Shown: positions 20,496 to 30,470 of the stretch, piece by piece
Position numbering within the stretch: the first letter of the stretch is position 1
Layout of the letters: each line of letters starts with the position of its first letter
Source: Candidatus Poribacteria bacterium
GTDB taxonomy: Bacteria > Poribacteria > WGA-4E > PCPOR2b
NCBI GenBank assembly: GCA_965198175.1
Contig: OZ240245.1
Location: forward strand, 2,208,001 to 2,272,000
Direction of reading: 5' to 3'
Length of the DNA stretch: 64,000 nucleotides
Program-made: the position numbers and the translations under genes
The notes under the pieces: generated by a model
Database searches by the model: none
What the model was told of the DNA's origin: nothing
What the model saw: the letters and a program-made list of their open reading frames with translations, nothing else

Positions 20496-21422
20496 ATGGG
20501 GAAATCCGCTTCACGTGTCACGCTTAGCATTTTACACGAGCGCGGGCTAACTTTGATCGAACTGCTAATGGCAGTGAGTATTCTTGTCATAATTAGCGGT
20601 TCTACTTACACCGCGTTCAATATGGCGATGGACGTTTACCAAAAGACGGGATCTCGGATTGTAATGACTCAGAAATGTCGAATAGCGCTAGACCGAGTTG
20701 TCATTGATTTGAGCAATATGCAGGCAGTACAAGGAGATGAAGCACTCTCGCTCATCTCCCTGGACAAACCGCAGGAAACAGGAGATCGAGATCTGATTAG
20801 CTTCGTAACGCTCATTCATGCGACTCCTGATCCATTTCTTGCTGAATTGAACACCGCGAGAGGGTTTTCAAATGAGGACGAGGAAAATCAGGAATCAATT
20901 GCCAGCGATGTTCAGCGCGTCAGCTACTACATTGGGAGGGATCCGACTCGAGAGCAGGAGGATTCGGCGTTTCACGGCGCAATGTTGGGAATAGATAGCG
21001 AAGAGAGCGAAGTAGAGGAGGCACCGGCGCTTTTGCGGGTGACAACAACATCACTAAATCCTGAAACGGTGATTCAACCGTTGCTTGAATCAGGAACACT
21101 TCCGAGCGAAGATGAGGATGGGAATCCAATTGTTGTGGACATTGTTCCAATTATCAATCAGATTGTCTCCTTTGACTTAAAGTATTTTGACGGTGAAACA
21201 TGGTACGATTCATGGGAGAGCAGCGAGATGATTCCAAAGGCAGTTGAAGTGTCAATTACCGTTGCTAGCGAGGATAGCAGCCAATCGAGAGAACTAGTTA
21301 GACGCCAAGATGCTAAGCGCGAGACTCAATCGACAATGGTCTATCTGTTAATGAGCGCAAACTTTACCGAGCAACCGCCGGGTGGACCCAGCGACGAACC
21401 GGACAGTGGAACTGGGGAATGA
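20496..21422 (+). CDS. gspJ: Minor pseudopilin GspJ-like
   Basis: G|LTLIELLMAVSI; LKYFDGETWYDSW..IPKAVEVSI. Confidence 0.85.
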   Translation: MGKSASRVTLSILHERGLTLIELLMAVSILVIISGSTYTAFNMAMDVYQKTGSRIVMTQKCRIALDRVVIDLSNMQAVQGDEALSLISLDKPQETGDRDLISFVTLIHATPDPFLAELNTARGFSNEDEENQESIASDVQRVSYYIGRDPTREQEDSAFHGAMLGIDSEESEVEEAPALLRVTTTSLNPETVIQPLLESGTLPSEDEDGNPIVVDIVPIINQIVSFDLKYFDGETWYDSWESSEMIPKAVEVSITVASEDSSQSRELVRRQDAKRETQSTMVYLLMSANFTEQPPGGPSDEPDSGTGE

Positions 21423-21426
21423 AGAA

Positions 21427-22917
21427 ATGAGGAAACTACGTTTACATAGTGCGGTTTGCGCATTACGTATTGCGCATTACGAATCTCATGTTTCACGCAC
21501 TGGTGAAGGAGGCTTATCGCTGATTGCGACCCTCTGGATATTGACAATCCTCTCTGTACTTGCAACCCAGCTTCTCTATTCAATCCGCCTTGAGCAACGT
21601 GCGCAGGCTAATTTCACTGAACGAACAAAATTCTACTATGCAGCAAAAGCAGGTTTTGAGAAATCAATCGCGATGCTTCGCGGGGATACAACACCTTACG
21701 ATGCGCTCGGCGAAAACTGGTCGCAGGAGATGGAGGAACAGATTGAAGATGGAACCAGAGTTGGAAACGTGCTTACCTATCGCGTGTTAATCACGGACGA
21801 AGAATCAAAAGTCAACTTGAATACGGCGGATGCAAACGTGATTCGCGGATTACTAGGTTTGGTCGGCTATGAAGAGTCGGCAATAGCAGAGCAATCTCCG
21901 CTTGCAGACGCAATCGTGGAGGGACGCCCCTATCGTACTGCGCGGGACGTGGCGCGACTTGAAGGGATGACCCAGGAAATCCTCTACGGTCAGCAACATA
22001 TCACCCAGGGATTGTCCTCCGAAAATCGAGATCAGGGCATAGCTGAGGGAAAAAGCGTGAAGGGGTTGATTGATTTCGTGACAATTTATTCTATTGACAA
22101 AAACACCGACGCAAATGGGCAGCCACGTGTAAACGTAAACAGTGCAGATGTGCAGCAGATAACGCAAATGCAGGGAGTTAACAACCAGCCGGTGTTTTCC
22201 CAAGGTGAAGCAGAGTCGCTGACCCACCAGCGATCGTTCAGAGGTATAGGCAATCTGATAGATGCCCAAGCTGTTTCAGATCAGATTTTTGACAACATTC
22301 GCGATCGAATTACCGTAGAAGACAACAATGAGGAAAACCAGGAACAGGTCAACATTAACACCGCCGATGCAGGCATATTAGAATCCCTGGACGGTATCGA
22401 TCAAGGAATTGCCGAGCGAATCATCAATCATCGGGACAACGAGGGTGCCTTTGATAATGTGGATGAACTTAGGGAGGTTACATTGATTACGACCGATGAG
22501 TTCAAAAGCATTGTAGATCGGATCACTACTTCGGACGATGCGACATTAAGCGGGCTAATCAACGTTAATACCACTTCCAAGGAGGTTCTGCAGCTGCTGC
22601 CGGGGATGGATGAAAATAAAGCCCAAGCGGTGATTGACCGCCGCGAAGCTGCCCCAGAAGGCGGTCAACAGAATCAGGCACTAGTGCAAAATGAAGTTAC
22701 GGGTAATCCGTTTACGAACATTGCTCAACTGCTTGATGTGGAGGGGATTGATGTAGACACATTTCGGCAGATTGCAGACCTCATCACCTACCGATCGCAC
22801 GGCTTTCTCATTGAATCGTCTGGTGTCGATTCACGAGGAAAAACCCTTGCCTCCTGTGTTGGTGCGATTGATCGATCTGGACAGCAGGTCGCCATTAAGT
22901 ATTGGAAACAGGATTAA
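21427..22917 (+). CDS. gspK: Minor pseudopilin GspK with several ComEA-like helix-hairpin-helix repeats
   Basis: G|LSLIATLWIL (no E5); ITDEESKVNLN GspK motif; four VNxNT-type repeats, two with full HhH signatures. Confidence 0.85.
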   Translation: MRKLRLHSAVCALRIAHYESHVSRTGEGGLSLIATLWILTILSVLATQLLYSIRLEQRAQANFTERTKFYYAAKAGFEKSIAMLRGDTTPYDALGENWSQEMEEQIEDGTRVGNVLTYRVLITDEESKVNLNTADANVIRGLLGLVGYEESAIAEQSPLADAIVEGRPYRTARDVARLEGMTQEILYGQQHITQGLSSENRDQGIAEGKSVKGLIDFVTIYSIDKNTDANGQPRVNVNSADVQQITQMQGVNNQPVFSQGEAESLTHQRSFRGIGNLIDAQAVSDQIFDNIRDRITVEDNNEENQEQVNINTADAGILESLDGIDQGIAERIINHRDNEGAFDNVDELREVTLITTDEFKSIVDRITTSDDATLSGLINVNTTSKEVLQLLPGMDENKAQAVIDRREAAPEGGQQNQALVQNEVTGNPFTNIAQLLDVEGIDVDTFRQIADLITYRSHGFLIESSGVDSRGKTLASCVGAIDRSGQQVAIKYWKQD

Positions 22918-22926
22918 CGTAGATAT

Positions 22927-24711
22927 TTGGCAAACACCGATTCAAGGAAAAACAATTTGGCAAAGCATCAGGTTGTATCCATTGACATTGGCGCAAGCGC
23001 GATTAAACTATCGCAACTGGAGCGAACGACATCCGGACTGCACTTGGTTAGTGTAGGAATCGAACTGTATCCGCGAAAAAGCCCAATGGGGGAAATCGAT
23101 GACCAAACGATTCAACAGACACTGCAGAAGCTCTGGAAGAAGGTGCTAGGTCGAAAAAAACTCCCGGTTGTCTTATCCATCCCTAGACTGCTGGTGACTT
23201 CACGGCGTTTAAGGAACCTGCCGACTACTATAACGGACGATCAGCTGCCAAGTCTCGTTGCTATCCAAGCAGAAACTGAATTGCCATTCACACCGGAGCA
23301 TGCAGTCTATGACTTTCATGATGTGCGTCGGGACGAGGAGTCCGGGGTGTCCGTAGAACTCATCGCGACGCGGCGGGAAGCCGCTCAAAAACAGATTGAT
23401 TATCTGAAACCCCTTGGAATTCTGCCAAGGGCCCTGCTCCCTTCATCGTTAGCAATTTGTGTGTTAGCAGGAATGCAGCTCAACGAAAATTCGTCAGATC
23501 GACGGATAATGGTTGTGGATATTGGAGCAAGCCGTACGGATCTGTGCGTTATGCAAGAGAACATACTACAGTTTTCACGGAGTTTTCCTGTCGGTGGGGA
23601 TTTATTAACGCGCTATTACCAAGATGAAACAAGCGACGACTTTGAGAGCGCTGAAAATAAAAAAATTGCCAACGCTGAGCTAGACGAGCGGTCCGAAAGC
23701 TCCACTCCTACTTATGTATGGGCTGGTGAATTTATTACGGAGCTGAGACGGTCAATCGGAGCGGCAAAGCGGGAGCTCGATTTGACGGAGGGCGATCTTG
23801 TCCGTGAAATTTGGCTTTGTGGTGGAGGCGCTCAAATCGCCGGATTGCCGACTTACGTTGCTACTCAATTACAGATTCCAGCCCGTCTCTGGAATCCACT
23901 CGATGCCCTAAAGTCTTCGATTTCCGATCAATCCCTGGGGAATTGGGATGGACTACTGTCGAACCTTCAATCTATTGAGGGGTTCAGCAGCAGTTCTGCT
24001 GTATCGCTGGGGCTAGGCGTGAATGCCCTCAGCCAACAGATTGAGCTAGATCTTCTTCCGAAGGAAGAAAAAGCTAAACTGACGCAAGCGGAAAGGAAGT
24101 CGCAAATGCTCAAAGGCGTTGCTGCAGGGGCGGTTCTGCTTTTTGGGTTAGTGCTGGGTGGATTGACATGTCGCGCATCTTACCAATCGAAAATCTACGA
24201 CTTGGACAGTGAGATTAGAAGCATTGGAGGGGCGGAATCTAGCGCAAAGAGAGCGTTAGTAAAAGACTTAGCTATAGCCGATCTGTTGGCTCCTCGGAGT
24301 TCCCCGTTAGATATATTTCGTGAATTAAGTGTCCGCTTCGCCGATCGTACAAAAATCGCTTGGACAAATTTGAACATGAGTCATCTTGATGAACCCGACA
24401 AAGCGAAGATTGTTTTTAGTGTTGAAGCTAGTTCCCATCAAGAAGTCAGCAAAATGCTCAGCGCCATGGCGCAATCCGGACTGTTCAGAGAGATTAAATC
24501 TGGACAGATTACAAGTATCGAACGTGATAAAAAACAGATCTCACAGGTGCAAGTGACTTGTAATCTTTCACTGGAAGCTGTACGGATGTTTGCTCAAGCT
24601 CGATACCTCCATCCAATTGGGGTCCAGATTGAACCGGAAGAAACGGATATTGGACCAGAAGCAGAGGAAGTAGAATCCGTATCGACTCAAGATGACAATG
24701 ACGATAAGTAA
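22927..24711 (+). CDS. pilM: PilM-like actin-fold protein fused to a TM segment and PilN-like periplasmic domain (GspL-like)
   Basis: SIDIGASAIK, VVDIGASRTD, PVGGD, WLCGGGA, WNP; then LDLLP, a TM helix and a C-terminal ferredoxin-like region; TTG start. Confidence 0.8.
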   Translation: MANTDSRKNNLAKHQVVSIDIGASAIKLSQLERTTSGLHLVSVGIELYPRKSPMGEIDDQTIQQTLQKLWKKVLGRKKLPVVLSIPRLLVTSRRLRNLPTTITDDQLPSLVAIQAETELPFTPEHAVYDFHDVRRDEESGVSVELIATRREAAQKQIDYLKPLGILPRALLPSSLAICVLAGMQLNENSSDRRIMVVDIGASRTDLCVMQENILQFSRSFPVGGDLLTRYYQDETSDDFESAENKKIANAELDERSESSTPTYVWAGEFITELRRSIGAAKRELDLTEGDLVREIWLCGGGAQIAGLPTYVATQLQIPARLWNPLDALKSSISDQSLGNWDGLLSNLQSIEGFSSSSAVSLGLGVNALSQQIELDLLPKEEKAKLTQAERKSQMLKGVAAGAVLLFGLVLGGLTCRASYQSKIYDLDSEIRSIGGAESSAKRALVKDLAIADLLAPRSSPLDIFRELSVRFADRTKIAWTNLNMSHLDEPDKAKIVFSVEASSHQEVSKMLSAMAQSGLFREIKSGQITSIERDKKQISQVQVTCNLSLEAVRMFAQARYLHPIGVQIEPEETDIGPEAEEVESVSTQDDNDDK

Positions 24712-24722
24712 AGGGAGCGTAG

Positions 24723-26252
24723 ATGAGAAAACTCACGAAACGCGAAAAGGTGCTGCTGGCTCTGGTTGCCGTCGTTGTTGTCGTGATTCTGTTTACGCAG
24801 CTTGAGCCCGCAATTCGTCAAGGCTTTTCAGGTCGGACGTTGGCTGATAAGCGCGAAGCGCTCCAAACCGCTCGCGATTTGGTGTCTCTCTCTCAAACCA
24901 TTGAACGAATTGCTGGAAACCTTCGGGAGAATGTCGGACTACAGGGAGAGATTATCTCCGATTCTCTGTTTGAAGTTCTCTCAAGTCAGATTGACGCAGA
25001 CGACCTCAATCGGGCCCAGCGTGCGTCGGATCTGGCAGTTCTACATCCTGCTCTTCGGGGCAAAGCGGATACCTTGCTTGCTTATAAGGAACAGAATGGT
25101 GATTTCAAGAGCTTAGATGCGCTGAAAACGATGCGGGGTCCCATTTTTGAGGGAGAGCAGCCAGAGGCGGTGATTTCTCGGCGAATTGCTATTCTTGTCC
25201 GAAAAGCAGGACTTCGCCCGAACTATCGACTGAACATGAAGCCCAGGCCTGGTAGGAATACCGAGACGATTCCCTCTCAAGCGAAAAGGAACCTCGTGCT
25301 TTATCTATATAACAGCGAGTTGGACGAGGAATTAAAACGGTTACAAGTGCAGCAGAATGCGATTGAGGAAGAAAGGAAACCCAGACAGGCAGAGATGGAA
25401 GAGGAGGCATCGGCTGCGATTCTTGATGCATGGCTGAATGGTGATGAATCTGCTGTGCGAAAGACGGAAATACCGGGAAGCGTCGCGACAGAAAAACCTC
25501 AGATCAAGGGAGAATTGAACTCTATTCCTGCTGCCAAGCGAGATGCAGAAACTAATTTGTCTGACAGAAGTGAAGCAATTGCACCATCGAATCAAGTTTC
25601 TCAGTCAGTGACTTCACACATGAGTGGGAGGGATAATGCGACCAAGCCGACGCCATCGGATCGACAATTCCTGCCAATGCCCGAGGTTATTGCTTTACCA
25701 GTGCGTATTCAACTCATCCAATTTATTCAACACAACTTAAAACTGGAAATGGCAGGCGCGGCGGAATCTAAGGAAGGGTTTATTACAAATGAAGTCGCCA
25801 CCGTGATAGACAAGGCGAAGGGCGGGTTTCTTAGGCTTGGTGCCAAAAAGCAGACAGTGCGAGTTCAGTTGAAACCGGATAGTGTGCTTCGACTAAAGCT
25901 TTGGGAATTGGTCCATCGGCGTGAAGATGAACAGAACACGCTTGAAGGCGAGATTGAAGAACGCATTGATTTTGATGAACAACTGATTGCACTTACCGCC
26001 TACGTCGCGGCAGTTCAAAAGCATATAGAGAAGTTAAAGGGATGGTTTGCAAAAATCCCTTCGACCTACCAGCCGGGGAAGTATATTGTTGAAATGAACT
26101 TAAAAGGCGAAATGGGTAAAGTTGTCGAGTTGATTCAATTGATTGAAGCGTCGTCAAGATGGTTATTCGTCAGAAATCTCAGAATTTCCATCGAGGATAG
26201 GAAGAAAACGATGCTCAGCGCCGATTTATCCATGATTGCAAAGGTGCTTTGA
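24723..26252 (+). CDS. GspM/PilO-like protein with large insertions, including an HhH-like motif
   Basis: MRKLTKREKVLL + TM; C-terminal VEMNLKGEMGKVVELIQLIE...LFVRNLRI; operon position. Confidence 0.7.
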   Translation: MRKLTKREKVLLALVAVVVVVILFTQLEPAIRQGFSGRTLADKREALQTARDLVSLSQTIERIAGNLRENVGLQGEIISDSLFEVLSSQIDADDLNRAQRASDLAVLHPALRGKADTLLAYKEQNGDFKSLDALKTMRGPIFEGEQPEAVISRRIAILVRKAGLRPNYRLNMKPRPGRNTETIPSQAKRNLVLYLYNSELDEELKRLQVQQNAIEEERKPRQAEMEEEASAAILDAWLNGDESAVRKTEIPGSVATEKPQIKGELNSIPAAKRDAETNLSDRSEAIAPSNQVSQSVTSHMSGRDNATKPTPSDRQFLPMPEVIALPVRIQLIQFIQHNLKLEMAGAAESKEGFITNEVATVIDKAKGGFLRLGAKKQTVRVQLKPDSVLRLKLWELVHRREDEQNTLEGEIEERIDFDEQLIALTAYVAAVQKHIEKLKGWFAKIPSTYQPGKYIVEMNLKGEMGKVVELIQLIEASSRWLFVRNLRISIEDRKKTMLSADLSMIAKVL

Positions 26253-26257
26253 CTGCG

Positions 26258-27073
26258 ATGAACAGACACTTGTTGTTTTATATAACCATTGCATTATTCT
26301 CCATTAGAATTTTGCCGGTAAGCGGTGATATGGACATACCCCCTTTAGCAATGGAGGTACTTGAAAAAAAAGGCATTACAATCGCCGATTTGCAGAACGA
26401 TCCGGAACTTCGCAAAAAATGGTTAAGGAAATTCCGGGATATGGGGGGGAAAAAGGAAAACGATAAAACATCAGGGAAGCATTCTCGTCCAAAGGGCGTC
26501 GGAGTTGATTTGAACCCTGCCCCTCAATTCTATAAAGTTATCATTGACAACAACCTATTCCGTCCACTCGGATATCGCAGGGCAAAACCAGGACCGCCAT
26601 TTGAACTGATTGCCACCGTTGTTAATCGCAACTCGGGTGGGAGCAAAGCGTTAATCCGAAGCAATGCAGATCGGCAGGTCTATTATGTTGGGGTTGGCGA
26701 AGAGTTCGCCGGCGCCAAAGTCGAAATGATTGAGCCGCTTAAAGTGAAGGTTTTCCATCATGGAAATTCACAGGAATTTCGAGCTTCAACAGGGGAATTT
26801 CTTGGCGGTGGGGGTGATGACAGAAAACCCTCGCCCCGGATGAGAAATGGCGAATCCGCCCCAAAATCAGGTCGCGTGGATTCCAATTCCGGTGGCAGGG
26901 ATTTCAATTTCGAAGGCATGGAGCGAAAGCTAAGAGATTTACCACCTGAAGCGCGTAAGAAACTAATGCGTCAGATGATGAGAAAGCGGCGAGAAGCGTC
27001 TGAAGGCAAGCATCGAGATGACAATGAGGAGAAGGAAGATGACGAGCGCGGCGGTGAGAAGAGAGGGAAATAG
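26258..27073 (+). CDS. GspC/PilP-like accessory protein
   Basis: IIDNNLFRPLG...LIATV...ALI...YYVGVGEEF-type HR domain; located immediately before the secretin. Confidence 0.6.
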   Translation: MNRHLLFYITIALFSIRILPVSGDMDIPPLAMEVLEKKGITIADLQNDPELRKKWLRKFRDMGGKKENDKTSGKHSRPKGVGVDLNPAPQFYKVIIDNNLFRPLGYRRAKPGPPFELIATVVNRNSGGSKALIRSNADRQVYYVGVGEEFAGAKVEMIEPLKVKVFHHGNSQEFRASTGEFLGGGGDDRKPSPRMRNGESAPKSGRVDSNSGGRDFNFEGMERKLRDLPPEARKKLMRQMMRKRREASEGKHRDDNEEKEDDERGGEKRGK

Positions 27074-27287
27074 CAGTCACGATTGATAGTACTCGCGTAG
27101 GTCATAATTTGAATTTCATCACCTTTTCATTTACGAATCCGGAAAAAGATGAATGAAAGAGAGGCGAAGATATCCGTTTCTCGTTATTCTTTATGTGCAC
27201 ATGGGGCGGCTATTCGGAAATCTCAAGTCATTGCGTACATTGAGTATATATTTTGTTTCATGTCAAAATTTAGTACGGGGGTATAGT

Positions 27288-30200
27288 ATGGGAGTATGTT
27301 CCAAGGCAACTGCCTTGCGGAGAATAGACATTTGCATATTCTTGGCTTCAGTGATATTTGTTGCCGGAGTCACCGCCATCGTTGTAACGCCTGCTTTGGG
27401 CGAGGAAGATGATCGCAAAGGGATGAAGGTCTCAGAACGGGATGAAGCCGGAAAAGCCGTCAGATTTGACTTCGACTTCTCAGGTGGAGATTTGCAAAAC
27501 TTAATTAAGTTCATCAGTGAAGAAGCAGATCTCACGATTGTAGCCGCCGAAAACGACATCAAAGATAAGAAGTTTGCACTCACGAATCTCAGAAATGTGA
27601 CAATTGAGGAAACGCTTGAAGAAATCAAAACAGTTTTGTCGCAGTACAATCTGACAATGATTCGAACGAATAAGACCTTACTAATCACCACATTCAATAA
27701 AGCGGTACAGATGAAGGTCCCGGTCAAGCGCGTGACCGCAGATCCCAATCTGATTGAGCCGACCGACGAAATTCAAACCTACATCATCCAGTTGAATAGT
27801 GCTACGGCATCGGAATTGGTAGGTGGTATCAAGCCTCTTCTGAACAGCGCCGCCAACATTTTTGCGGACGCTAACAGCAATTCGTTGATTATAACCGACC
27901 TTGCCTCCAATATTCGTAGGATTGTGACCATTTTGCAAGTCGCTGACGAAGATCCGGACGTACCGCTTAAGGTCGAGGTTATTCCATTGACGAACGCAAC
28001 AGCCAAATCCTTAGCACAAACCTTGAGCGAAGTGTTTCGTCAAGAGGAGCAAGTTACCAACATACTTAGGAAGATAAGTTTTACCAGTAATCCGGATGAA
28101 ATGCGCAAGATGATGGAGAAAGCCAAGGAAAGTGGAGCAGGTATTGACATGATTCGTGGGCGTATCCAGATAGCCGCCGATGAAAGTTCAAATTCACTCA
28201 TCATAAAGGCGTCGGAGTCTAACCTTGTTGTGCTCAGAGAGCTGATTCAGCAACTGGATACGGCGCCAAGCGTTCAAACAGAAATCCGAATCTTCCGTTT
28301 GAAATTCGCGATTGCCGCAGATGTCTCTGAGACGCTTGAAGAGATTATTACTGGTCGAAGCGCCGGGAGTCGTCCCGGTCGATACTCTCACAGATGGGAA
28401 AGACGCGCATGGGAGGACCGGCGCAGCCGTGTGCGCAGAGAGACCGCCGGGCAAGAACATCAAGGTATTATCGGGACGGTGAATATCGCATCGAGCGATC
28501 ATTTGAATGCTGTGATAATTGCTTCAGATCCACGTAACTTCCCAATTCTCGAAAAACTCGTCACGGAACTCGACCAGTCCGACCCCCAGGAGGAGATTCG
28601 ACTCTACTTTATGAAATTTGCACAAGCCGAGACAATGGCACAAAATCTCCAAGATCTCTTTGAAGGCGGCAGCATAGGGAGAGATCAAGATAGACCGTGG
28701 TGGGATCGACAAAGGCAACGTCAGGTAGATACAACAGGGTTTGGTGTCCAAGGACCTGTCCATCTTGTGCCGGATTCTCGATTGAATGCACTGATGGTTT
28801 CCACCGCGGAGCAAAATTTTGAAACGATCGAAGAACTCATCAAACGCCTTGATGTGAACATGCCAGACCAGGAATGGGCGACACGTGTTTACCACTTGAA
28901 GTATGCGGACGCCGAGAACGTCGAAACGATTATCAATAACCTATATCGGGACAGCGGCTCAGCACGCGTGTGGTGGCTCCCCAGTCAGCCGAATCAAAAT
29001 CGGAGCGCGCTTGCCGGAAATGTAACTGCTGAGGCTTACCCCACACTGAACGCGGTGTTCATCTCTACGGCGACACAGCGAAACTTTGAGCTTATTTGGC
29101 AAGTTATTCAGGAGATTGACGTACCAACGCCAGCAGCACAAAAGGAGGTTACAAAGCCCATCCGCCTTGAATACGCTAATGCCGAACAGATAAAGGACGT
29201 GTTGAGCGAGGTCTGGGAAGATGAGGGGGATCGTGGCGGTTTCAGCTTCGGACGCTTCTTGTCACGCGGTGGACGTGGCGAACAGAAAGATATCAATTCG
29301 CTGCGCGGTAAAGTTACCGTGTTTGCGGATCCGGATACCAATACGCTGATTGTAACTACCGCTCAACGGTATCTGCCAGACGTTGAAGCCCTGATTCGCG
29401 GGCTTGATTTCGTCCGCGGGCAGGTCTGGATCGACATTCAGATTCTTGAGGTAACGCTGGATGAATCCACGAAGCTCGGTCTTGAATTGACAGCACAAGA
29501 AAATAGACTCTTCGGCGAGGAGATACGCGCTGGCAATCCGCTGGTTGGAGGACTAGATACCAAATTCGCACTCGATCAAGAAATCAGCGGCTTTTCGTAC
29601 AGCATCGCGACAAAAGAATATATGGCGTTGCTTCACACACTAATGCGCGAGAACAAAGTCAGGACGTTATCGACCCCCTCACTGCTGACGCGGGATAACC
29701 AGCAAGCGACGTGGAGTCGTGGGCGAACGATACCGTATCTACAGAGCGTTGATACCAGGAGCCTTTTGGGTGATACGGTCAATCAGCCCTTGTTTAACTA
29801 CGATTTCATTAGCCCTCCTGTCGGCATTAACATCACGATTACACCACACATTGCGAAGTCTGAAGAGGGACCAGATGGCAAACGCACCATCGGGCTGGAG
29901 ATCGTGCAAATCCAAGCGAGTAACTTCATTGAGTTCACAGACTTCAACGCGCCAATCACGGAAGATAGCTCAATTAGCGCTTATGTTGACGTGGAAGACG
30001 GACAGAGAATTGTGGTTGGGGGTATGATCAAGCAAAAACAACAGCAAATTGAAAGCAAAATGCCAATCTTGGGGGACATTCCATTTTTGGGCAACTTATT
30101 CAGAAGGACAGAAACGGTGACTGAAAACTCTGAGATTGTTATTATTATCACGCCTCACATTATTGATATCAAGAATCCGGACGATCTTCGCAGGTTAGAA

Positions 30201-30317
30201 GAGCAGGCAAACGAGTGGCGCTCCAACGACAGTAACACCCCAAATGAACAAGGTGAAGGCGGAGGAACTATAAACCGAGACATCAGCGAAGAAGGGAAGG
30301 AGAAAATGGATAAGTAG
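27288..30317 (+). CDS. gspD: Secretin GspD with expanded N-domain repeats
   Basis: N0 domain, six LxYAxA-type repeats, QVWIDIQILEV, LSTPSLLT, KMPILGDIPFLGNLFR, IIITPHII; start uncertain (27153-27288). Confidence 0.93.
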   Translation: MGVCSKATALRRIDICIFLASVIFVAGVTAIVVTPALGEEDDRKGMKVSERDEAGKAVRFDFDFSGGDLQNLIKFISEEADLTIVAAENDIKDKKFALTNLRNVTIEETLEEIKTVLSQYNLTMIRTNKTLLITTFNKAVQMKVPVKRVTADPNLIEPTDEIQTYIIQLNSATASELVGGIKPLLNSAANIFADANSNSLIITDLASNIRRIVTILQVADEDPDVPLKVEVIPLTNATAKSLAQTLSEVFRQEEQVTNILRKISFTSNPDEMRKMMEKAKESGAGIDMIRGRIQIAADESSNSLIIKASESNLVVLRELIQQLDTAPSVQTEIRIFRLKFAIAADVSETLEEIITGRSAGSRPGRYSHRWERRAWEDRRSRVRRETAGQEHQGIIGTVNIASSDHLNAVIIASDPRNFPILEKLVTELDQSDPQEEIRLYFMKFAQAETMAQNLQDLFEGGSIGRDQDRPWWDRQRQRQVDTTGFGVQGPVHLVPDSRLNALMVSTAEQNFETIEELIKRLDVNMPDQEWATRVYHLKYADAENVETIINNLYRDSGSARVWWLPSQPNQNRSALAGNVTAEAYPTLNAVFISTATQRNFELIWQVIQEIDVPTPAAQKEVTKPIRLEYANAEQIKDVLSEVWEDEGDRGGFSFGRFLSRGGRGEQKDINSLRGKVTVFADPDTNTLIVTTAQRYLPDVEALIRGLDFVRGQVWIDIQILEVTLDESTKLGLELTAQENRLFGEEIRAGNPLVGGLDTKFALDQEISGFSYSIATKEYMALLHTLMRENKVRTLSTPSLLTRDNQQATWSRGRTIPYLQSVDTRSLLGDTVNQPLFNYDFISPPVGINITITPHIAKSEEGPDGKRTIGLEIVQIQASNFIEFTDFNAPITEDSSISAYVDVEDGQRIVVGGMIKQKQQQIESKMPILGDIPFLGNLFRRTETVTENSEIVIIITPHIIDIKNPDDLRRLEEQANEWRSNDSNTPNEQGEGGGTINRDISEEGKEKMDK

Positions 30318-30470
30318 CAGTGGTCCAGCCACGCTCCACATTTTACAGCTTAAGTTGTGTCGCATCTGCGTTGTCGGTAGTTTAGTAGACCTTGATGGCG
30401 GCGGGCAATCCCATCGTAACCTGCCAAAATGATGAATACCAATGTGAGATCGTGAAAGGAAAACTTCGTC

